From assembly GCA_013265495.1 (NCBI GenBank), contig MU060042.1, positions 4,708,258 through 4,772,257 on the forward strand: a stretch of DNA of 64,000 nt, read 5' to 3'. Below are positions 22,001 to 34,014 of this stretch, piece by piece; the stretch's first letter is position 1, and the number at the start of each line of letters is the position of its first letter. A model generated the notes under the pieces. The model saw nothing but the letters and a program-made list of their open reading frames with translations. It ran no database searches and was not told the origin of the DNA. The DNA is from Vicugna vicugna. Its lineage: Eukaryota. Made by a program: the position numbers and the translations under genes.

Positions 22001-24005
22001 CTGACTCGTGCTCACACATCCCCTCCGCCGTGACTCAGCGGTGTCAGCTGTTCACGCCGTGAAGGTGACAATCAGTGACTGCTCCCCGTCACACGTCAGA
22101 GGCACGTTCACTCAGCGGGTATTCGAGCCTCTCGGTGTTCAAGGCCCTGCGAAGTCACCGTGGACAAGATGCAGCTTGGCTTGTGGCATTTTTCTTCCCA
22201 GTAAAAGGCAAGTCTAACTTTGTGACGGGAGTGAAACCGCCACACTTCGGCTGGCTTTCACATCGACTCTGGATAATAAAAGAATTCTCCAGACTGAGTA
22301 TCTCACTGAGAAGATGAAAGAGGGCTGCCTTTGAAAGAACTTCGGGTAAATTATACCATGTTTACAATTTACGGAAAAGGCCTATAATAGGTCATTTCCG
22401 TGTTACGTCACACAGTGCTGCACACAGGCGTGTATAACTGTGTGCGCACGCGTGCGGGCGTGTCTGACGGTGAAAGAGTGGTTGACACTGTTACAGCTCA
22501 TCCTGAGGGCAGTGACCCTGGGCAGCAGTGACACACAGGATGCCTGCGTTAAAAAGAAGCAACCGCGGCCCCAAATTCTAAAACTTACTCCTCTGCATAG
22601 ACAGAGCCTAAATATGGACATTTCTATTTTGTCATTTCCTTCTTTGTACTTGTCTACATGTGTAGTTGGACACAGGACCAAAGACCTTTATCTGAGAGGT
22701 TTACAGGCAGACTTAGTCTTACAGCCATCGACCCTCAGACATGCCATTCCAATTCGCAGACGGAGCCCCCTCCCCGTATCCTAAGACCACACGCTGTCCT
22801 CCGAGACGGTGCACCCTCTTCTGCTCTTTCCTCTGCCCCTGAGGAGCGGGCACCCTACGACCTAGAGGCCCTGGGCCGAGTTCAGGCTCCAAGGAAACCC
22901 CTGCGGAGACGAGCACGAAGCAGGTGGAAACCAAGAGAGAGTAACGGTTCCTTTCACAGTCTGACGTCCATTCCGCTAATCCGCTGCGTTTCGTCTCCGT
23001 CTTGGGTTACACTGATTTTCATGGAAGCTTAATTAAGATACTGAAAAAGTGGGCAGGGATCTTTCTGTAATGATGTGGGCTTGCTCCAGAAGGACGGGAT
23101 TAGAGAAAAGGAAAAGGGTTTTGAAACAGAGCGTGTAAATCAGGAACAAAAGATATCGGGGTGGATTATCTTGCCTGACACGTGAAGGATAAAGAAACGC
23201 TTTCCAGGAATCAGCAGGGGCCGGGCCAGGCACATGGCGGGGGGCCTTTCCTGGGTGTCAGCCCCGCGGGGCGGGCTGGCTGTGGTGAGAGCTCATCTCA
23301 GTAGCTGGGAAAGCGGTCCCTCCTCCACTGATAACCAGCCAGACCGGGCCCCGGGCCTGAGGCCTCAGCGCTCCAGGAGCACGTGCAGAAGGGGAAAGGA
23401 CAGACCCGCGCGAGGCCCCGCGTAGCTTGCGGCCGTGGCAGGTCGCCCAGGGTCACTGCCACCCGGCAAAGGTGGGCCCAACAGCGGTAATGCAAGAGTC
23501 AGTGGGGGCCGGTGCCCTCCCTGCGGCGGGGGCGGCAACTTCCGTTCCTAGGGCGACGGAAGAGTGACCTTCTACGGAAAGCACTTCTCCCCCGACACCC
23601 CAACCTGCCCTTCGGAGTTCAGATAAACGCCCTGGTGCCCAGGCTCCGTGGCTCCCGCCTGGCCCCACCGCTTACTTTCATGGGCATGCTGGGCCTCCGG
23701 ACTCTGCACCCAAGGGACTGAGCAGATGGTTCGAGAAACATCTCCTAGCTAGGACAGCTCTGGGAACTCGCCCGTGTCAGTGTGCAGAAAGGCATGCGGA
23801 ACGAAAACAAGGTGGGGCCAGACGGCGGGGGTCCCCAGGAGGGAGCACGCTCTCAGCCCCCACGTTCCATGGAGTCTGCGCTTCAGTCACGAGAACAGAC
23901 TCACAGGTCCCTCACGTGATGGAGAAAACCAAGACCTTCCCCAAACAAGAGTGTGTGGCTCACAACAATCGTACGAGATCATCGTCTGATTTTTATGGGA
24001 CGTAC

Positions 24006-24093
24006 CGAACACATCGCTGTCTTCCGAGGTCTCCCGGGGCAGGTGACGGCGGTTTCTCCTTTTCTCAGATTCTTCTCTGTTAGTTTCACCCTC
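24006..24093 (-). CDS. MBP: Golli-MBP exon 3 (88 nt): EGETNREESEKRRNRRHLPRETSEDSDVF plus the first base of Gly
   Basis: Lies inside ORF 23887..24282(-). The acceptor is tgttgttttttccag|GAG and the donor is TTCG|gtacgt. It is homologous to human NSETNRGESEKKRNLGELSRTTSEDNEVFG and mouse ...TASEDSDVFG. Its phase-1 end joins the GC that starts exon 5 to make Gly. Confidence 0.96.
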
Positions 24094-24699
24094 CTGGAAA
24101 AAACAACACAAAGCAAACCCTTCCTTAGGATGCAGTGTGCGATCAGCAAGACACTTCGGCGCGTTGCTCTCCTGCTGGCAAGTCACACCCTCACATCCAT
24201 CCTGCTCGGAGGTGGAATCCGGTTCAGGGTGGGTTTTCTGCGGGGGAGTCTGAATTCTGGCTTGTCTTTTCCGCCTGGGCATGCAAGCATCCTCTCGTTC
24301 CAGAGGATGTGTCTTTCGTACAAAAGAAACGCAAATTGTTCAAAGAATGAGCTGGACACCTTTGCATGTATCTCCAGGGCGCACCTGCCCGTGTCAGGAA
24401 GGCCCTGGTTCTTGTTCTTAGTGAGGGGCTGGTTCCACTGGAGTCTAAAGAAATCTAATTAGGTCAAACCGAAGTTTCCCAGACTGGACATAAAACTGCC
24501 TCGGGGAGAGTTTTTGTTTTTTAAACAAAATTCCTTCATCCCCTGTGGCCTCTGTCACCTGATTGGGTGACTTAACCATGTGGTTGAGCAGAGTGTGGAT
24601 AAACACTCCTTACTCCCCAATTGCCTTAAAATCCACAGTTCAACACCAAACTTCACTCCCTGTGTTCATTTGTCTCCCTTGAGAAACACATGCACAGCC

Positions 24700-25020
24700 T
24701 GACCCTTGGTACCTGGGAAAGCTGACTTTATTTGGAAATTAGGGTCAGGGCAGAGGGAACAAGCCAAGACGAGGTCACCAGGGTAGGGTGGGCCCGCCAT
24801 CCAATGATGAGCGTATGGCCCTCCTTTCGTAGAAGAGGAAATTCAGACACAGACAAGGACATACAAGAGGCCATGTGACGATGGAGCAGATGGAGTGAGG
24901 TAGCCACAGGCCAGGGAGGCCAGGGATGCTGGGCACTCCAGATTCTAGGATAAGTCTAGACAGACTCAGAACCTTCAGAAGGACCCAACCCTGCTGGCCC
25001 CCAGGGCTCTGTGCAGCCGT
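24700..25020 (+). mobile_element. MaLR LTR (MLT1 family)
   Basis: GACTTTATTTGGAAATTAGGGTC...AGAAGAGGAAATTCAGACACAGAC...GGCCATGTGACGATGGAGCAGA...CCTTCAGAAGGACCCAACCCTGCTGGC. Confidence 0.75.
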
Positions 25021-25403
25021 GTGGATGGCGGTGTGGGCATGTGGGGAGGAGACCAGGATGCTAACCAGCCAGTGCCTAGCTTTTGGGGACACTCTGTGAC
25101 TTCTAGGAAAACTGTGGCATCTCTCTAGGGGAAACTCTCTCTTTGGGTTTTAAGAAGCAAAACATTCTTTTCACACTGAGAATAAATTCAGGCCCTGTGT
25201 GGGCCGGCTGTGTACATGTTCAGTTTAAATTCTGAGAGCACTACTCTCCAATCAAATCTCAGGGACCTCAACTACCACCCGAACAGGAAGGGAAGCAACG
25301 CAACACTCTGACCAAGCAGACGGCCCGCTCCAGAGCTGCCAGGATCCGGCTTCCACGTGGGTGAGGAGGTCCTTCCGTGTGTTCCTGGTGTTTAAACCTA
25401 GTG

Positions 25404-26135
25404 ACACCGCTGACGGGAATGCAGTTTGGTGCAGCCATTATGGAAAACAATATGGAGATTCCTCAAAAAACCAAAAACAGAACTATCATATGATCCATCA
25501 GTCCCACTCCTGGGCATATATGTGGAGGGAATGCTAATTCGAAAAGNNNNNNNNNNNNNNNNNNNNNNNNNNNNNNNNNNNNNNNNNNNNNNNNNNNNNN
25601 NNNNNNNNNNNNNNNNNNNNNNNNNNNNNNNNNNNNNNNNNNNNNNNNNNNNNNNNNNNNNNNNNNNNNNNNNNNNNNNNNNNNNNNNNNNNNNNNNNNN
25701 NNNNNNNNNNNNNNNNNNNNNNNNNNNNNNNNNNNNNNNNNNNNNNNNNNNNNNNNNNNNNNAAAATGCCATATGATATCACTTACATGTGGAATCTTAT
25801 AAAAAAAAAGAAGAAGAAAAGACACAAATGAACTTATTTACAAAACAGACTCACAGACATAGAATAAAGCTTATGGTTACCAGGAAGGGAAGGAGGTGGG
25901 AAGGGATAAATTGGTGTTTGGGATCTGCAGATACTAACTACTAGACATAAAATAGATAAACAACAAGTTTATACTGTAGAGCACAGGGAGCTATACTCAG
26001 TACCTCGTAGTGACCTATAATGAAAAAGAAAATGGAAACAAATATATGTATATATATATGTATGGCTGAAACGTGACGCTGTGCACTAGAAACTCATGCA
26101 TTGTAACTGACTCTACTTCAATTAAAAATAAATAT
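25404..26135 (+). mobile_element. LINE-1 3' fragment (ORF2 end and 3'UTR), interrupted by an assembly gap
   Basis: TTTGGTGCAGCCATTATGGAAAACAATATGGAGATTCCTCAAAAAA...CCCACTCCTGGGCATATAT translates as [28 protein letters not shown], the typical L1 ORF2 C-terminus. The 3'UTR and an A-rich end follow. Confidence 0.9.
25547..25762. other. Assembly gap (216 N)
   Basis: N run inside the L1 fragment. Confidence 0.99.
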
Positions 26136-26171
26136 ATCAATAAACAGATAAATCTGATGATAAACAGTGCG

Positions 26172-26314
26172 TGGAACCAGGGGAGCTCAGGGGTAGAGCA
26201 CAGGCTTAGCATGCACGAAGTCATGGGTTCAATCCCCAGTCCCTCCCTTAAAATAAATAAATAATAAATAAATAAATTACCTAATGACCTCCCCCAGAAG
26301 GAAATTAAAAAAAA
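26172..26314 (+). mobile_element. tRNA-derived SINE (vic-1-like)
   Basis: AGCTCAGGGGTAGAGCACAGGCTTAGCATGCACGAAGTCATGGGTTCAATCCCCAG, then (AAAT)n, TTACCTAAT...CCCCC and poly(A). Confidence 0.85.
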
Positions 26315-28502
26315 AATGGGTGGATTGTGTGGTATGTGAATCACATCTTAATAAAGATGTTGAAAAACACCCATAGTGCTCAGTTTGCATGGAGTTCACA
26401 TGAAAACATCACAGGGGGTTTAGAACGACCCGTCTGAGGTCCTCGTGATGCCACCGTGGTGAGACGGCGCTCTCTCGGGTGAGCTGTAGAGCCGCGCTCT
26501 CCGGAAGCCCGTTCTGTGGTGCGATTAGGACGCAGCACTCTTTAAACAAGGAGTGCAACGGAAGAGGCTCGGGACTTTATCCAAACATTGGCTTTTGGAA
26601 GTCACAGCAAAGTTAAGTATTAACTGGCGTCACAGTCGGACGGTTTATCGGGGCCCGTAACGCAGCTGGACATGCTGGCGCCTATTCTAGGAACTCCAGT
26701 GTCCTGCTGCGTGCCCCGGGAGGCCGCTGCTTCCTCAGCTGGCTGAGGAGGGGAAGAGGGTGCTCAGGAAGGAAGGAGTGGGGTCGGGGGAGACAGCGAG
26801 ACGGGCCTTGTTCAGCGCAGCTCTTTTACTTAAGAGTTCGATGGTCCAGGGAACTGAAAATTTGTTCAAAGTGCACTTAAGCTGATTCACACCAGGGCGT
26901 CCGTTCAGATCAGGATTTTCTACATTATTGGAAACAGAATAAGGCAACGGGAAGCTTGCATCCTTTTCATTTCAAAGTGAACACACTTCCTTTAGTTTGA
27001 TGTAATACAACCGACCTAATTTCCCTGAACTTGTCACCTGCACCTGCCTGTGATGCAGGCAGGCAGAGGGCAAAAGGTCTAATATTTGAAGACACATCTT
27101 TGCTTAAAGCGCAAACACTCTGACAGAGCAGAGTCCAGCCACTTTTCTGAACACACAGTCAGCGCTGCCAGCCTCTGCGGCCTCCTGAGCTGTCTCCTTC
27201 ATCGTAAATGGACGTAATCATATCGTCCATCTCACGGGGTCACTGTGGACACTCCATGAGTCCGGACGTGCAAAGATCAGAGATTGTGACGCTCTCTGGC
27301 CTTCAGCCGCCCACACAGTGCTGGCCACCATCACGCTGGAGTGTCCGGGACACTCTGCTTCTCCACACCCTGTTAGTAAGGGAGTTCCCCGGTCCTGGAG
27401 GCCCCGGCATGCCAGAAAAAGAAGTGCGGTGGGCTGTGCCTCCGTGTTAACGAGTGGGCTCCTGGAGGCTTCCCACTTCCATGTATTCAGAGGAGGCAAT
27501 TTGAGGGGATGTTCTGAAGAAGCTGTCTCCTTCCTGGCAGGTATTTCCAGGAGAAGTAACCAGCCCTGCAAGGTTTGGAGTTCACCACCGAGACCAACGT
27601 GGAGACCACGCGCTGAGTAGACCCCACAAGGTGACATCATTTGACTCTGGGGTGACGGCACCCGCTCAGCTGCTGGCTGTGACAGTGCTGAGGCCCCAGC
27701 ATGGCTCTTCAGGGTCCTGGGTGGGGGGCCACAAGTGGGAGAGCCCCTGTTCTCAGAGGTGTGCATGTCGGGGTGGGGAGGCAAAGCCAGCCAGAGAAAG
27801 AAGACAAACCCGATGGTCTGGGTGGGACGTCGGCTCGAGGGGAGAAAGGCAGGGAAGCTGCAAGAGAGGGCCTGGGAGGGCAGCGGGGAGAGAGAGCGGG
27901 CAGCAGATGCAGGTGGCAGGGGCCTCAGGGTGGAGGCCAGGCCCTGCGGGCGGGGCAGACGGGCCGCTGTGCTCGCGAGGACATTCCTCTGACCGCTCTC
28001 CGAAAGAGGCCAATTCCTGCCAGCACATCCCAACGTTTCAGCTCGCCTTCTACTTTAAATTTCAAGATGTTGGTATTTTGTCAAGTGACTTACCGCAGCT
28101 ACGAGACAGCAGCGTGTGGACGCACACACATCTCTGAACAACCTGCGCTGCAGTCACGCTAACTCACGTGTGTCATTAACGCTATTACCCACTCGCCTTG
28201 TCTGTCCACTGATGACCTGTGTCTGGCTCCAGGGTTTGTGCTGAAGCACGATTTAGGGTGCGTGAAATGACAGAGTCTGTTTTGCAAGGACCCAAAGCCA
28301 CAGAAACAATAACGCATTTTACTTGGGCTTCTGTTTAACTGTATGACAATCAAATTAACGGAGGCACCAAATCTCAGATGGGAGAGTGACTTGCCAGAAT
28401 AACCCAGGTGCAGAGGTTGGGCTGAGCCTGGGAGCGTGTTCTCACAGCGGCCAGTTGGCATGTTACAGTGTTGGAGTCCAGGGGGCAAGAAAGATGTCAT
28501 GC

Positions 28503-28618
28503 GTGCACACACGAACACACACATTACACAAACACACACACAGACACACAAACACACACACCCTCACAAACACACATACAGACACACACACACAAACACA
28601 CACAAGACACACACACAC
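28503..28618. repeat. Imperfect (CA)n-rich repeat
   Basis: CACACACGAACACACACATTACACAAACACACACAGACACACAAACACACAC... Confidence 0.9.
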
Positions 28619-31119
28619 CTTAAAAACACAGGAAGATCAATTTGCACAGATGTCTTCCAGCCGATAAAAATCCCTCGCTTCCAAATTTAAACGTTGAAAA
28701 CCACAGCACTGAAGTAACGGCTGAGAAGGGACAGGAAGCATTGGTTTTAAAACTGGATTTTTAAGTTTCATTTAAAACCTTCTGAGAGGGTTTTATCAAA
28801 TATAAAAAAGTTCTTAATAACAAAGCAAGCACAGTGTTCGTGGGAAAGGGCACGCTTTTCACTGTCAGAGTCTGAAATAGACTTGTCCTTGCAGATAAAA
28901 TTACACGGTGGCCTTTCTGAAATTACCTGGCAGGGGGTGAAATGGCAGCTCAAGGAGCCTTCTGCGGGCACACGGAGCAGTGAGCCTGGCGGAGGCCGTG
29001 CCGCGCGGGAGGCGGCCTCCCACCCAACCCCGCCCCCAGCCCTGCGAGCGGGACCACCTGCGGGAGGACACTCAACACACTTCGCACTCCCAGGGACTCC
29101 GACGCGCCCGCCCTCTGCAAAGGAGAGTTTCCGCCTGGGCACCTCTGCTCAAGCTCCTAAGAACTGATGAGTGAATATCTGGGTGTCAGCCTTGGAATCA
29201 GGTTCCCAATAAAATGTGAATCCAAAACCACGCCTGAAAACTACTTCATTTCAAGTGTGCCCAGCGCAAGCTCAGATATTTTCCCAACTTACAAAAAACA
29301 AACCCAGAAAACGATTCAATGAAATAAGGCCACCTCTGCCTGCTGCGTCTGTGTTTTTGAGAGACGGCCAACATCTCTGACCTCCCTCCCGGCCGTCCTG
29401 TCGGCCCTCGTTAAGTGATGAAGTGTGACAGACGCAGGGCCGGGAGGAGTCTGGGGCTCCCACAGGGTGAAGGAAGGCACGTTGGAATCCAGCTGAAAAC
29501 AAGGCGACGAGCAGCTCCCTTCTGAGGCACGGGGCTCCTGACTCCACGCGGTCAGCTGCCCAGGGCCCAAGAGCAGGACTGCGGGGAGGGAGGGCTTGTC
29601 CGTGGGCGACGGGATCTCCAGAGCACACCCTCCTGCAGCTGCGGTTTTACACGGAGTCTTTCTAGTCGACGACCAGTGTTTAATGCATCACTTATGCTGA
29701 ACCACTTTTGGTCCCAAGTCAGCGGCTTGCAAATGCGGTCACTGTTTCTGATAAAAGTTAAGTATGCAAACTCACTCCCAGCCCTAATAAACCCTGTAAT
29801 GGGCTGAAAGAACGCAGAACACGGGCACCTCCCGGGAATCGGATGCCCCCGGGTCTTCCAGCCCTAAACCCTAAGCTCGAGGCCCTGAGGGCCCTGGAAG
29901 CTGATGCCTGGGGTCCTTCCCGTCCTCAGCCTGAGCCCTAAGACCTCGAGGCCTCGGCTTGGCTGTCCCCGAGTGGGAAGGAAACAGGTCTGAGTCAGGA
30001 AGGGGCCCTGGACAGGGGTCAAAGTGGCCGCCCCTAAGAGGGGGCCGGACCGGGGGCCTGGGACGGGCGCAGGGAAGCCGGCGAGTTCATAAGCCCCGTG
30101 CTGCGGGCGTTCTGTTGCCCGGGGCACCGCCACCATCACCCGTTATTTTTATTAAGGGTTGTTGAGGGGGTGGGGTGGTTCGCTGGCTAATTACACCTGA
30201 CGTCCTTAGTAACCACGTCTGTGTTTGTGAGGCCTGTGGCCGCCCCACCTGGCGAAAGTGTGAGCGTTCAGTCTGCCAGAGGAAACAGCACACCCACCTA
30301 CGCTCCTGAAAAATCAGTCAGCCTTGGGTCGGGCTTTCAGCACAGACTGCAGACGAGAGAGCTTCTCGTTAGTCCCTTCCAAGAGCAAAAACATCGCTGA
30401 CTCGACACATTCGAGAACCGGCTGTAAAGCGACGCCGCGCCTTTGAGGCAGCGAAACCCTGCGTTTAACACCGATCTGCCGACACCGCCCCGTGGAGCAG
30501 GTGGGAGCTGCTCTCTGAGCTCTTACATATGAACGCAGTTTTCCAAACCAACCTGGAATGAGACGGCTCTCTTTGTATTTCCTTGTGGCTCGTTTCCAGG
30601 TCGGATTCAGAGCCCACATTCAGGTTCCCCCCGCCGCGGTCGCCGGAAACTGACGACTGACAACCGGCAGTCAGTCGCTGATGAGTCGCGGGCCCTGGAG
30701 GGCCTCTTCGGAAGGATGCACGCTCTGCTCCGTTTCTGGCTCTAGGAGCTTGCTGGAGGTCCTCGGACGCACTCAGCACGTCAGGCGGGCGGGCTTCCGC
30801 GTGTGCGGGGACGTCAGAGCCAGTCCCATTGACTGGACGCTGCAGCGGCAGCACGGTCGGAGGGCGACGCTCGCAGCCCCCCTGGGAGGTGGGCATGGCG
30901 GGCACCCCCCCCAGCGCTGTCCTTGGCTGGTGGACGTGTGCTTCCAGAGAACCTGACCTTCTGAGCCCAGTGTTGCACGGAATCCGATGATTTTGCAAAA
31001 GACTCTGATTTTTGTCATTGACAGGAAGGAGCTGCTGCCGACCTGTAGGGCCCGGAACCCTGAGAACCGAGGCGACGCGTCCTGTCGGATGCACTGCCCC
31101 TGCTCACGGGCAGCTCTTG

Positions 31120-31288
31120 TATTTTCAAAAATATTTTCTTAAGAATTCTTTTTTTTAACTTTATTACTTTCTTTTGGTAATTAGGTTGGTTTATTTGTTT
31201 GTTTGTTTTTAATGGAGGAGCTGGGGATCGAACCCCGGACCTCGTGCGTGCTGAGCACATGCTCGACCACTGAGCTGTGCCCTCGCCG
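31120..31288 (-). mobile_element. tRNA-derived SINE (vic-1-like)
   Basis: CTGGGGATCGAACCCCGGACCTCGTGCGTGCTGAGCACATGCTCGACCACTGAGCTG (reverse complement of A/B boxes), with GTAATTAGGTT and a (TTTG)n tail. Confidence 0.85.
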
Positions 31289-33932
31289 GGGCAGCTCTTT
31301 AAATCCAAATTATTAGAAAACCAATCAGGCTAAAAATGTGGCTCTTCAGTTGGACCACCCACGTTTCCCAGGCTTCTTAGCCACGTGTGTCTTGTGACCG
31401 GCCTGTGGTAGGGCACGGGGACAGGGCAGAGGGCCCACGGCACGGTGCTGTGGGGGGCATCTGCAGGGCGGGCACTGGTACTGGCAGCCGTGGGTGTAGC
31501 TGGGCCGTCCGCCTGGAAGGAGAGTTCGGTGTTCCGCTGTCGGCGTGAAGAGGAATTCTTTATGGGGGTGTGTGTGCAACATACAGAGAGAGAGACAGAG
31601 ACGGAGCAGTGGGGGACTGGGGCTGCTGAAGACAAGCACGAGGAGCCATCTGCCAGCTCCTCGCGTCTAAGACTTTACCAGGCGTGGACTCGGGGTTTCC
31701 GGGTAGCTAAGGCTCAGACTGGACTGGCAGGTCTCTGTAGGGACGTGCCTTCCACTTTTCAGCCCCCTAAGTTGTTAAATATATAGTATTTGGTTAACTT
31801 AAGAGCTACCTGAGTTCTCAAAAAACACCTGTTTACAAGACTTGCCTATGAAAACAGAATTACGTGTGGATGGGTCTAACAGTCACCAACACATGGCCAC
31901 CAAATCAGAAAGGGACAATTCTCAGGTGAATTTCCGGCTCAGGGCACTGCAGCCCATCCTGGGAGGCTCCGGGCCGGAGCCTGGGTGACTGGACGGAAGT
32001 GAGTTTCTTAATAAGTCTGTTTCTCATCATGTGCAATAGCCCTGGGGTAAGCGGTTGGTTCCGACAAGGAACTGCAGAGAGAAGAGGCACACGATGTAGG
32101 GGAGCCACACTGGGTGGGGTTTTGAAGGGCTCACTGGACGGGCGGGCAGCAGGGACGACACCCTGCCCTGGGCTGGGGCCTGCAGGTGAAGCCGACCAGC
32201 AGCCACCAGGCCTGGGCTGGCAGTCTGGGGGCACGCTGGGCCCTCGGACAGGCTGTGCAGGCAGCCCCACCTCTGCAGCAGCTCTGGTGGGGCACACCCA
32301 GGAGCAGAGCTGACAGAAGTCAGGCCCCCGCTGCACTTAACTTCCGAGCAGAGAGGGGAGGTGATGGCCTGGAGTCCACGGGCTGACGGTGGCTTAAAGC
32401 AGAGTGGCGGCTCCTTCCCGAAGCCAGTGTGACAAGAACTGAGCGTCCCGAACAGGTGGGACCACCTGACACCTTGGGATGAGGTGACGCAGGATTACGG
32501 TTCCGTAGAGGAATAAAGGCGAGGAATGAGACCCTGGGTGGAAAGAGCCAGCCTCCTCCACAGCTGGGGTGTCAGTCCTTTGAAGGAAAGGTCTTCTCCC
32601 GCCCAGTCGACCTCTTCCAGCTCCACGTCCATAGAAAGAGCTGAGCTGCTTCATGACTCTTTGTATATTTGCAGACAAAACGTCTCACTTCTTGGAGTAT
32701 CATCCGCACGCTGTCCCAGAGTCTCACCAGACAGCGGGGTTTCGATGATGGTTAAACACGCAGATGGTGTCTCCAGGGGCGGGACTATCCCTGGATAGGC
32801 ACTGGGCATGCACTGGGCTTTGCAGAGCCACTTAAATAAGTAATCAGTCTAACGGGAACCATGCAACAGGCTAACACGTCGCTCCCGACTGTAAAACTCA
32901 GGTGTGAGGCTGGATTCTGCAAAAGCCCTCAGACCTTGCTCTGCAGCGTGGCATCGTTTCTGTTAAATTGCTTCAATAGAAACCTCCAGAAGCATGGTTG
33001 GCACCTGTGGAGAGGCTCTGTGAGCCAGATACCGCCGCCGTGAAGAGTACAGAGATGAGCTTGTCCTGCACCACCAGCAGGTTTTCAAAATTACTACTGC
33101 CCAGAGCTGCGCAGGCGCTGATGTCAGCATCCACTGCAGCTGCCATGGCCGTCGGAGGGTCTAACGCGGGGTCACCAGGAAACTCCAAAGAGCAAACCCA
33201 CGGATCAAGGACCGACAGCAGTCAGAGCAGCGCGGAGCGAGAGGAAGGGCCAGCACCTGAGTCACGGGACGGAGCCCGGTGCATCAGCCGGGCCAGGACC
33301 ACCCTCTCCCGGGGATGGGCTGGCCCAGCTGCTACCCTGTGCTGACCACAGGGAACAGGCTCTTTCCTCCAGGAGCCACCGAGGCCAAGCGTCTTATCTG
33401 CCTGCTCACGTGCTACCTGGTCCACAACCTCCGGGGCGGGGGAGGGGGCAGGGGCTCTATTTTCAGCCTGTGGGACCGGTTTTCCTCCCAGCCTCTGTGG
33501 GTGGGGCTGCTGAGAAGCATGTGTCCCTGGGTTCCCCAGGCACCCGGGGTGTGTCCTTCCTGCTCCTGCCAAGTGACCGTGGTGAAGAGGCACCAAGAGC
33601 TGGTGAACTGGTGGGAAACCAAATTCCAGCAGGACTCCTAGAAAAACAGGGGTTTCTTCATTCCTGAGAATGAGAACGGTTCCCCGAAGCGTCCGCTGGA
33701 CCCTGGGGGCCTCCCTTCTGTCCACCAGCTGCATGCAACCTACAGGGCCCTGAGCGCGGGCTCTCAGCCACGTGGCTGCCCGGTGCGAGTCCCACTTGAC
33801 CTTGACGTGTTAACATGTGAGGCTGGAAGAGGAGCCCGTTTTTGCTCTGATCAGAGAAATTTCAGAGCCATCCCCTCCATCATGTGGTCTCTCCTCCAGC
33901 CTGGCGTGGCTTCTTCAGGACAGAGACTCCAG

Positions 33933-34014
33933 TGAAAGAACGGGGGGGGGTCACCGGAGGGGATCCCCGAGAGCTGAAAGAACGGGGGGTGTCCCAGAGG
34001 GGGTCCCTGAGAGC
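33933..34014. repeat. Tandem duplication of about 41 nt, two copies
   Basis: TGAAAGAACGGGGGGGGGTCACCGGAGGGGATCCCCGAGAGC and TGAAAGAACGGGGGGTGTCCCAGAGGGGGTCCCTGAGAGC. Confidence 0.85.
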
